Shown piece after piece: positions 56,691 to 64,000 of a DNA stretch of 64,000 nt (position 1 is the stretch's first letter; every line of letters begins with the position of its first letter). Location: IMG/VR virus record IMGVR_UViG_3300028595_000010. One strand, 5' to 3'. The notes beneath the pieces were generated by a model. That model worked only from the letters and a program-made list of their open reading frames with translations. It did not search any database and was not told where the DNA came from. Source of the DNA: an uncultured virus (IMG/VR IMGVR_UViG_3300028595_000010) (Duplodnaviria > Heunggongvirae > Uroviricota > Caudoviricetes). Both the position numbers and the translations under genes were made by a program.

Positions 56691-58018
56691 AAGTAATAGA
56701 AGAATTCATCAATAGATATACAAATCAACAAAGGGAGCAAATGAGTCCGTCTGGATTCGCACTTCCCGATGAAAAGAAATATCCAATCATTACTAAAAAC
56801 GATGTGATGAATTCGATTAGAGGCTTTCATAATTGTCCGGATGCTAAGAAAAAAGAACTGGCGAGAAATCTTATAAAAGCGGCTAAGAAGCATGGAATCA
56901 ATATTAAAGATCCAAACATTCTTAGAGCAGCAGGACAACCAGTTCAAGAGAAAACAATGAATGTGGGAGAAGAAGACTTTCCATTAATCATTGATACAGA
57001 TGAAGATGTACATCTCAATCATGAACTTGTTGGAAAACAAGCACAGATTACTGAGTATGCTGAAAATGCTCTTACTCCTTATAAAGGTAAGATGTGTACG
57101 ATCGAAGGAGTTATAATTCAAGTCGAACAGCTTGTAGGATACAAAATAAAAACTCTAGATGAACGAGTATTCTACTGCCCAAAGAAAGATGTTTATGTAT
57201 TCAAGCAGTTCGTAGAAGACATTTTTCAAGATGCAAGACATGCAATGAGAGCATTTGAAGCTGTACGGCACTGGACCCTTCAACGAGATTACTTTGGTCC
57301 ATCATGGGATGGATTAGAATTACTTTGCTTAAACCTAGCAACAGTTGTGCAAAGTGCAGCAGTTGAAACAGCAGGGTGGTTTAAGTATCCATCTTCAACA
57401 AGAACCAAAATGGACGGAAAGAATTGGAGATATGTTTTCAAGATCGGAGAAATAGAGCACGGAGTAGTCAACTGCAATTCTCTACTACATGATAATGTGT
57501 GGACTTTAGTTACTACTACATACTCAACTAAAGATATCGATAGAAACAAATTAACATTCTTTCACCATGAAGATATTTGGGTTAGATCGATAATGTGGGC
57601 AATCGCAACTGCTAAGCTTCTTCAAGATGATAATTACAACTACTCAAATATAATTCAAGACTTCAATAACAGACTTCAATTAGCCGAACAAGTAACTCAA
57701 TTAATAGATCAAGTAAAACCAATTGTAATTCAAGCACACGAACAGATAACTGGCAAAGAATGTCATTTGAGAAATAAACCTTTAGTTGCTGCAGTAACAA
57801 AGATCTTATTGAGTCCTGGAAAGATAGGAGAATACGTCCCATCTAATACATACCACGCTGCATTCATATCTGTACATCCTAAAGCTTTTCGAGATTCAAA
57901 TTATGTGAATGAAATTGTTAAACATGAACTTGTACATGCTGCATTAGAAACTGAATGCAATGAGAAAAATGACAACAGCGAAGAATTCAAACAACTGATG
58001 GGTGCTCTAAATGGATGA
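56687..58018 (+). CDS. Multidomain protein with C-terminal SprT-like HExxH motif
   Basis: FALPDEKKYPI N-terminal module; KHELVHA...EEFK at the C-terminus. Confidence 0.6.
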   Translation: MKVIEEFINRYTNQQREQMSPSGFALPDEKKYPIITKNDVMNSIRGFHNCPDAKKKELARNLIKAAKKHGINIKDPNILRAAGQPVQEKTMNVGEEDFPLIIDTDEDVHLNHELVGKQAQITEYAENALTPYKGKMCTIEGVIIQVEQLVGYKIKTLDERVFYCPKKDVYVFKQFVEDIFQDARHAMRAFEAVRHWTLQRDYFGPSWDGLELLCLNLATVVQSAAVETAGWFKYPSSTRTKMDGKNWRYVFKIGEIEHGVVNCNSLLHDNVWTLVTTTYSTKDIDRNKLTFFHHEDIWVRSIMWAIATAKLLQDDNYNYSNIIQDFNNRLQLAEQVTQLIDQVKPIVIQAHEQITGKECHLRNKPLVAAVTKILLSPGKIGEYVPSNTYHAAFISVHPKAFRDSNYVNEIVKHELVHAALETECNEKNDNSEEFKQLMGALNG

Positions 58019-58775
58019 TACACAAGGCTACCTAGAATACTCATTTCTAGAAGAGAATAAGAAAAAACCTATACGAGATGTTGTCAAAAGAAGTGACTGG
58101 CAAAAGCTTCGTGAGAGTTTCAAAGGGACATGGATGAAAACTCCAGAAGCTAACTGTAAAAAGCTAAGAGCATTCCTTGGAAACATCAAGTTTACTGAAG
58201 ATGATAAACTTAGAATAGTGATGAACTATTTGACCGGGACTGGATTTAGAACTGGTAGAATAAAACATAAATGTATTCAGTCAATAAGAGATGATGTATC
58301 CGCGGAAATAAAACGAAGAAAATCTTCTCCTGTATCAGAAGGATTAACAGTTAAACTAAATGAAATCTTACAAGAGAAGATCCAAGCAATTATTGCTGAC
58401 GACGAAATCCGCTTGTTCGACCTAGATGCGCAGGAGCATGACCTCCTGGAGCAATTTGTCAATGATAGTCACCTGAATGTCACCTCAATGCAATTGTCCC
58501 CTAGAGAGGCTCAAAAAGTGTTACAAGGCGAAGAGGTATTGATTATAAGGTACCAAAGAGATCAGGACAGATATGAGCAAAACAGAGAATACAATGCTCA
58601 AGGTCTTGATGGAGAAGAGTTGGGTTTCAAAATTCAGACTACGAAAGTATTTCAATCCACAATTGATGAACTTCAAAAGCGTGGAGCTAAGAATGAATTA
58701 ATTGATAGGATGTATGAGAAAGGATCATTTCCGGATGATCAGGTAGACCTAATAAGGATTAGAAAAGTACAGTGA
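58011..58775 (+). CDS. Hypothetical protein
   Basis: 254-aa ORF in the operon. Confidence 0.55.
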   Translation: MDDTQGYLEYSFLEENKKKPIRDVVKRSDWQKLRESFKGTWMKTPEANCKKLRAFLGNIKFTEDDKLRIVMNYLTGTGFRTGRIKHKCIQSIRDDVSAEIKRRKSSPVSEGLTVKLNEILQEKIQAIIADDEIRLFDLDAQEHDLLEQFVNDSHLNVTSMQLSPREAQKVLQGEEVLIIRYQRDQDRYEQNREYNAQGLDGEELGFKIQTTKVFQSTIDELQKRGAKNELIDRMYEKGSFPDDQVDLIRIRKVQ

Positions 58776-59344
58776 GAGTAATACAAGAATATCTTACAAA
58801 GGGCGAAGGAAAAGTTGCCTATCTGTTTGATATGGATGGAGTTCTTACTAAACCTGATCGTAATCTTTCTGCTTATGAAAGAGAGATGATGAATAAATAT
58901 ATTCTCATTATGTCTCTCAGAAAAAAGACAGGCCATTTTGGAGTTGCCGCAAGAAAACTCAAATTTGACGATAAGACGATTAAAGCAATAAAGGAAGTAT
59001 GGTTTAAAATCAATCCATTGAATGAAAGAATACTTCCTACCCTCAAAACTATATCCAGAAAAGGATATACGATGGTAGTTGCAACAAATAACGTTCCTGA
59101 TTTAACATATCTATTTCTAGATAAGTATGATATTAGAGATTACTTTTTGAAGGTATTTGGTCCTGAGAATATGAATGGAATTAGAAAGCCTGAAAAGAAA
59201 TACTTCCTAGAAATATCTGATCAGCTTAGAGTTCCTCCACAATCAATGATACTTGTAGATGACCAAAAAGAAAATATCGATGGAATAAAAAAAGTTGGAG
59301 GAAAGGGAATCTTATACAATTCCCAAACCTCCGTCAAGATTTAG
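58772..59344 (+). CDS. HAD-superfamily phosphatase
   Basis: FDMDGVL, VATNN, RKP, LVDD motifs I-IV. Confidence 0.88.
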   Translation: MRVIQEYLTKGEGKVAYLFDMDGVLTKPDRNLSAYEREMMNKYILIMSLRKKTGHFGVAARKLKFDDKTIKAIKEVWFKINPLNERILPTLKTISRKGYTMVVATNNVPDLTYLFLDKYDIRDYFLKVFGPENMNGIRKPEKKYFLEISDQLRVPPQSMILVDDQKENIDGIKKVGGKGILYNSQTSVKI

Positions 59345-59628
59345 AGACGGCCACGCAGTCTCATCATCTTGTCACGGTACGCATTCAGCATGCCCAATTC
59401 TACTGGGGTTAAACTATCTCTCCCAGCAATTCCACATTTGTTGAGTATTTCATCAATTGTGGGTGTAGCAGAAGACTCTTCATTTTTCTGCTCAGATTTT
59501 TCTGGCCGTCGGGCAAACTGTTTGAGTAAGTCTCCCCAATTCATATTCTTATGAGCCTTCTGACATTCAGGACAGAGAGTAGATGTAATATCATCATGCT
59601 CTTTGTTGCAGTTATAACAATGTGCCAT
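59341..59628 (-). CDS. Small Zn-ribbon hypothetical protein
   Basis: CYNC...CPEC; GGAGG RBS before ATG 59628. Confidence 0.6.
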   Translation of the reverse strand: MAHCYNCNKEHDDITSTLCPECQKAHKNMNWGDLLKQFARRPEKSEQKNEESSATPTIDEILNKCGIAGRDSLTPVELGMLNAYRDKMMRLRGRL

Positions 59629-59650
59629 TCTAAACCTCCTAGGTAACATT

Positions 59651-60052
59651 ATGCAGTTATTTGAAAAAGCAGTCTCGAAAAAGCAGCAACAACTTTTTGG
59701 TATTGTTCACGCTGTTCAGAAAGGAGAATTATCTCCATCCAAAGTTTCTCCCGATGCCAAGAAGATGGCAAGAACAATGAAAAAGAAAGATGTTAAAGAT
59801 TTCGCTGAGACCAAACATAAAGGCCTTCCAGTTAGAAAACCAAAACAAGAATCCAAAATGAACTCTTGGGAAAAATTCAATTATCTATCAGAGCAAGTAG
59901 ACTCTACCTATCAACAATTCTTTAGAAAGAAGCTTATGGTAGCCGGACATGATTCAGTTGAAGAAATGAGCGATGAAGAAAAAAGACAATTCTTCAATAA
60001 GATTGATGCTGAATGGAAGACTAAGGAAGAGGACATCCTTAGCAACAACTAA
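59651..60052 (+). CDS. Two-module small protein typical of T4-like head internal proteins (DUF3008-like N-module)
   Basis: AVSKKQQ.LFG.VHA.QKG...DFAETKHKGLP, then a second module YQQFF.KKL...EEK..FF..ID..W. Confidence 0.6.
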   Translation: MQLFEKAVSKKQQQLFGIVHAVQKGELSPSKVSPDAKKMARTMKKKDVKDFAETKHKGLPVRKPKQESKMNSWEKFNYLSEQVDSTYQQFFRKKLMVAGHDSVEEMSDEEKRQFFNKIDAEWKTKEEDILSNN

Positions 60053-60081
60053 AATGTCTCTTCCTTAGTAGGGAGTAAAGA

Positions 60082-60529
60082 TTAAGATTGGGATCCGCTA
60101 AGAGCATAGCTTTCAGCATTTTTATCCCATTCGAACTCTATTGCCATTCTTCCAATGATTTCAACTGGCACCCGATGGATATTACGACGGGCACATTCTT
60201 GGAGTTGAAGAATGTTCTTCGGCATGACCTCAATAATTCTGACATCATACCCTTGCATGTTTGCAGCAAAAATATAATTCATATATTCCCACTTGTGAAT
60301 AAAAGTATTATCCACAACAACATTCAACTTTTCAGTCAGGGCCATGAGAAATTCTCCATATGCCCAGTTGTGAGCTTCAGCAATTCTTATGGGATTAAAT
60401 ACATATTTTCCATTTTTGATGAAAAAGTTATCAGTGTTAATCCACTGATAACCCTTCGCGATAAACTTTTTTGCTTTCGTACTTTTCCCCGCTACCGGGA
60501 ATACCACGGATAATGATGCACTCAGACAT
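60082..60529 (-). pseudogene. AAA_33 / polynucleotide-kinase-like P-loop gene with 1-nt frameshift in Walker A
   Basis: ATG 60529 (AAGGAG RBS) gives MSECIIIRGIPGSG; KST continues in another frame across a G4 run; downstream VVDNT and RNIHRVP motifs. Confidence 0.75.
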
Positions 60530-60553
60530 GTTAACTCCTTTGGTGTATGTTTG

Positions 60554-60576
60554 GTATCATAAAGTTATATATTTAG
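60554..60576 (-). promoter_or_regulatory. Second promoter class copy
   Basis: GTATCATAAAGTTATATATTTAG on the + strand. Confidence 0.65.
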
Positions 60577-60620
60577 ATACGAGTTTCTTAAACCAGGAAT
60601 AAAAATCTAAAGGTGTGCTT

Positions 60621-60875
60621 ATGGCAATATCTCGAAAAGGTTCACGCAAAATTATTGTAAATGGAAAAAAGTATCGCTGGAAGGTAAGTAAGAATGGAGT
60701 ATTGCATCTTGTTGTGTTTCGAGATGAAGAAGGAGTTTCTTTAAAAATAATTGTTAACTATCCAGATGGGGAAAAGAAGTACATAAAACCCAAAGAGGTT
60801 AAACAGTTCATTTTATTAGCAATTAAGGATGGACTGTCTATAGATCATCCATCAGTTGTTTATCAAGCAACTTAA
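60621..60875 (+). CDS. Hypothetical protein
   Basis: MAISRKGSRKIIVNG...; AAGGTG RBS. Confidence 0.6.
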   Translation: MAISRKGSRKIIVNGKKYRWKVSKNGVLHLVVFRDEEGVSLKIIVNYPDGEKKYIKPKEVKQFILLAIKDGLSIDHPSVVYQAT

Positions 60876-60926
60876 GAGTTTGACTTAGAACAAAAGTACC
60901 AGTGTAAACAACATGGAGACCATATT

Positions 60927-61202
60927 ATGAACACTGCGTGCTTAGAAGATTCTACGTTAAAGGATCTTATAGAATTAATTGTAGATCAACTACACCTATC
61001 TGAAAATCAAGTAGTACCCAATACATTGCTAATTGAATTAGATATGGATTCTATAGATACAATTGAAGTAGCAATTAGAGTCCACGAAGTATTCGGTATT
61101 GAAATATCAAATGGCTTGTTAGACGTCATATCAAAAGATGAATATATGACAGTAAGGAAATTGTTTAATCTCATCAAAGAGTTAAACACAGGAGATAAAT
61201 AA
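60927..61202 (+). CDS. Acyl carrier protein-like
   Basis: Acidic 91 aa; ELDMDSID.IE.......FGIEI....TV phosphopantetheine-site pattern. Confidence 0.75.
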   Translation: MNTACLEDSTLKDLIELIVDQLHLSENQVVPNTLLIELDMDSIDTIEVAIRVHEVFGIEISNGLLDVISKDEYMTVRKLFNLIKELNTGDK

Positions 61203-61207
61203 TAGTT

Positions 61208-61239
61208 AAAAAAAGTAGCTCGATTTTACAAGCTACTTT
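61208..61239. terminator. Terminator between convergent genes
   Basis: AAAGTAGCT/AGCTACTTT stem with A run on the left. Confidence 0.7.
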
Positions 61240-61263
61240 CACCTGTCCAACCTATACGTTAAC

Positions 61264-61602
61264 TTAATCGTCAACGTCAAAGACTTCCCATCCAGGTCCC
61301 GGAGCAATTATAGTTGGTGCAGTCTCAGCTAAAGTTATATTGAACTGCTCCCGCAATAATTTCTTTCTAATACTTACTTGGGCAAGTATTAGTTCCATAT
61401 CTTTGGTAATTAAACATGGAGTAGGATCAGTTACAATCATCGCTAAATGAATTGAATCGTTGATTGCCTTCATGTGTTCAACGACTCTAGGCCTAGCCAG
61501 AGCAACTACATGCTTGTCTCCCTCACAAGCTCTCATGATTGGGAAAGTAACATCCAAAAAAGTCTGCAAATCTGCATTTAGAACTTCACTGATGTTAGAC
61601 AT
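61264..61602 (-). CDS. Hypothetical protein
   Basis: AAGGAGGT RBS; upstream TAAATATATAAC motif at about 61649-61660. Confidence 0.65.
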   Translation of the reverse strand: MSNISEVLNADLQTFLDVTFPIMRACEGDKHVVALARPRVVEHMKAINDSIHLAMIVTDPTPCLITKDMELILAQVSIRKKLLREQFNITLAETAPTIIAPGPGWEVFDVDD

Positions 61603-61730
61603 ATAACCTCCTTCAAGTTTTATAGTTGAAAAGTTAATCTCCTAAGTTGTTATATATTTAATAATTAAAACCAAAATAAATTATTTATTTGAGACTATAT
61701 TAGAGAGTGAATCAACTTACAAGTGGGGAT

Positions 61731-61931
61731 AAGTCATTCGCCTAAGAAAAATGACCAAATAATAATAATATTATATTACTAGTTAAAACATTAAAATATT
61801 TGTTATAATACATATTGAACATCAATGAGTTATAAAAGTTCCTTCCTGACTTGTTTTAGAAAAATACTTTCGGTATCCACATTCTCTGTCTTATAAGATC
61901 GTTAAGGTCATTTCACCTAGGCAAATAACTT
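61731..61931. repeat. 26-bp imperfect inverted repeat enclosing about 150 bp of AT-rich DNA
   Basis: 61731-61756 vs 61906-61931; 21/26 complementary. Confidence 0.65.
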
Positions 61932-62008
61932 TTAAATTAAACCGTTTAAACTATTTAACATATACCTAAAGTTATAGAACAAACAATAAAGTTCAATTAG
62001 GTTTACAT

Positions 62009-62329
62009 ATGACAATTGAAAATATTCCTCTTAATATTTTGTTTGAGGCTGAAAGCCTTAAAGAATTTGCTACAGGTGCAGTAGGAGGAGCATTAGGCGG
62101 GTATTATGCTGGTCATGCTTATGGCCGACATCAATATGCCAAAGAACTTCAACACTACATTAGATCTAATAATCTAGATCCATCTGAGCCTTTTGATAAA
62201 AAACGAATCAAGAATATGAAAAAGATTCTTGCTAAGAAGTACGGACTATCCTCTACACTTATGGGCATCGGATTAGGTGCAGGCATAGGATCTGCTGTTG
62301 GGATAGCCTCTAGATACGGAAGAGGTTAA
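62009..62329 (+). CDS. Glycine-zipper small protein with IP.xI[IL]FE leader
   Basis: Leader, GAVGGALGG and GIGLGAGIG; paralogue of the next gene. Confidence 0.7.
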   Translation: MTIENIPLNILFEAESLKEFATGAVGGALGGYYAGHAYGRHQYAKELQHYIRSNNLDPSEPFDKKRIKNMKKILAKKYGLSSTLMGIGLGAGIGSAVGIASRYGRG

Positions 62330-62330
62330 C

Positions 62331-62687
62331 ATGTCATTACATAAACTTCCATTGCAAATTTTATTTGAAAAACAGAGTCTTGAAGAAATAACCGCTGGTC
62401 CAGCATTAGGAACATATGCTGGAATGGCAGGAGGTTATGGATACGGTCGTCATAAATTTGCATCCGAACTTCAGCAGTATATTAAAGAAGAAGGATTAGA
62501 TCCTTCTGTTCCTGAAGATATGGCCAAAATCAAAAAAGCATCCAGACGTTTAGCAATCCAGTACAAAATTCCTTTTGCAATTGGTGGAATGTTGGTTGGC
62601 CAAATAATAGGAGGATTCCTCAAAGGCGCTAACCGAGGAGTCAAAGTAGCAGTCAAAGCTCAGCGTCTTGCTACTAGAGGAAGATAA
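62331..62687 (+). CDS. Glycine-rich small protein with IP.xI[IL]FE-type leader
   Basis: YGRHKFASELQQYI....LDPS vs YGRHQYAKELQHYI....LDPS. Confidence 0.7.
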   Translation: MSLHKLPLQILFEKQSLEEITAGPALGTYAGMAGGYGYGRHKFASELQQYIKEEGLDPSVPEDMAKIKKASRRLAIQYKIPFAIGGMLVGQIIGGFLKGANRGVKVAVKAQRLATRGR

Positions 62688-62968
62688 TGATTTACAATAT
62701 TCCAGTTCAAATTATATTTGAAAATTACGAAGAAGAATTGATGGGAATTCCTCGTAGCCCAAAATCTTCATCTGCAGAATTGACTACTGGAACAAGACCT
62801 CCGATGGTGATATGGAACCAATCAGAAGATCCAGATGATATGGAGGAATTTGAAATTGCAGTTCCTCCATCATCTCATGTTAATACAGGAGGAGGACCTC
62901 ACGCTCCTGACCTTCCATTAAATCTATCAAAAACCGGATCTAGGCAAGGAGAAGGACCAACAACATAG
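62687..62968 (+). CDS. Disordered small protein with IP.xI[IL]FE leader
   Basis: MIYNIPVQIIFE then a Pro/Ser-rich body. Confidence 0.62.
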   Translation: MIYNIPVQIIFENYEEELMGIPRSPKSSSAELTTGTRPPMVIWNQSEDPDDMEEFEIAVPPSSHVNTGGGPHAPDLPLNLSKTGSRQGEGPTT

Positions 62969-63026
62969 ATCCCAAACAAACCTATGGGAACAAATAAAGG
63001 AGAGTACGCTAATCAAGGAGTTTAAA

Positions 63027-63386
63027 ATGATAGGCCGCAAAGAACAAAAACAAATTCGTAATAAGCTACTAAGAAAATACTATGTTCTTAATAAGGAAAT
63101 TTTTGTCCCACACAAAGAAGTAAGATTTTGGGGCAACAACTATGTTACAGTAAAATGCAAATATTCAGATGATGCTGAGATTGCTGCCCTCCTTATCACT
63201 GAATTGTTACAAGAACAATTGCAGAAATTCATTGCTCTATCTACAAATCCTTTCTCTCCTACCCCATCCTTTGGGAAGTATACTTTAGTATTTAAAAAAA
63301 TTGAACGGTCAAATAGATATGTCAGATGCACATTCCAACTTGTTAAAACCTTTACTTCTTTCAGATTAAAAACAAGCACACTCTAA
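63027..63386 (+). CDS. Hypothetical protein
   Basis: AAGGAG RBS; GAACAAA motif at 62988. Confidence 0.6.
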   Translation: MIGRKEQKQIRNKLLRKYYVLNKEIFVPHKEVRFWGNNYVTVKCKYSDDAEIAALLITELLQEQLQKFIALSTNPFSPTPSFGKYTLVFKKIERSNRYVRCTFQLVKTFTSFRLKTSTL

Positions 63387-63401
63387 AATATAAAAAATAT
63401 C

Positions 63402-63767
63402 ATGGCAATGAGACAAGTAAAATTGGATACATCTCAATTAGATACTGCTATGCATACAACAGCATGGATAGATATAGATATCACATCATTGGAAGATATA
63501 ATATTCTTAGATGTGCAGAAGAAAAAGAAGTATAAATATCTAAAAGAATATCTATCTAAAGAACTCACATTCATCTGCATAGGAGATGCAGATGATGCAG
63601 AGATACTAATGCATAAGGTAGCTCCTGAAGCAAGTCTATTCCATGAATTCACTTTTGCGAAGGGCCAAACATTTCTTCATAATGGCCAATTATATGTAGT
63701 CAATAAAGTTAAAGAAGATGAATCTAGTTGTACAATAATATCTGCATCCACAGTATATCAAACATAG
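63402..63767 (+). CDS. Hypothetical protein
   Basis: 121-aa ORF; shares DDAEI with the previous gene. Confidence 0.55.
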   Translation: MAMRQVKLDTSQLDTAMHTTAWIDIDITSLEDIIFLDVQKKKKYKYLKEYLSKELTFICIGDADDAEILMHKVAPEASLFHEFTFAKGQTFLHNGQLYVVNKVKEDESSCTIISASTVYQT

Positions 63768-63775
63768 GTAAAATT

Positions 63776-64000
63776 ATGACCAATGTCAACATTTCTGATC
63801 AAATGATGAGAAGAAGATATCTTAATAAGAAGATCTATAGATCTAATTATAATAACGAATTTTGGGATATGATTGTTCAAAAGATTCTTGAAACTGATAT
63901 GAAAGAGTTAGAGAGCGAAAAAAGAATACCTACTTCATCAGAATTATTAGAATGTATAATAAAAGCCAGAAATGGAGCTGAGATACATGATTCTATTATT
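63776..64000 (+). CDS. Hypothetical protein, 3'-truncated by window
   Basis: ATG 63776, open to the window end (MTNVNISDQMMRRRYLNKKIY...). Confidence 0.55.
   Translation, partial: MTNVNISDQMMRRRYLNKKIYRSNYNNEFWDMIVQKILETDMKELESEKRIPTSSELLECIIKARNGAEIHDSII

Noticed and set aside
60088..60513. 141-aa plus-strand ORF
   Set aside because: Antisense to the motif-bearing kinase-like gene.
1..64000. Stop-codon reassignment, as in some large phages
   Set aside because: Core genes are intact in the standard code, and TAA, TAG and TGA all end genes.

Overview
This 64-kb window is AT-rich, gene-dense phage DNA read in the standard genetic code. It belongs to a large T4-superfamily-like myovirus. In order it carries: (1) 7-deazaguanine DNA-modification genes (partial QueE, QueC-like, TGT/DpdA-like) with a nucleotide glycosidase-like gene and an NMP kinase; (2) a PAAR-like spike tip and a DnaB-type helicase; (3) a head module of acidic core protein, intein-containing portal, prohead protease and gp23-like major capsid protein; (4) a free-standing endonuclease; (5) fibre/appendage genes, two with long poly-serine tracts, followed by a sulfotransferase, glycosyltransferase and pyruvyltransferase cluster; (6) khpA and tail-collar fibres; (7) a minus-strand block with thioredoxin, a PQ-loop protein, thyA and a lysozyme-like gene; (8) many small genes whose N-termini resemble capsid-targeting leaders. 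The most interesting candidates are a phage-encoded serine-rich-protein glycosylation/sulfation system, a ThyA carrying an in-frame HNH domain with no intein motifs, a conserved leader (IP.xI[IL]FE) on unrelated small proteins, two phage promoter classes (one copy forming the loop of an RBS-occluding hairpin), and a pseudoknot right after khpA. No tRNA, rRNA or CRISPR array was seen. All functional calls come from motif recognition by eye; no database search was run.
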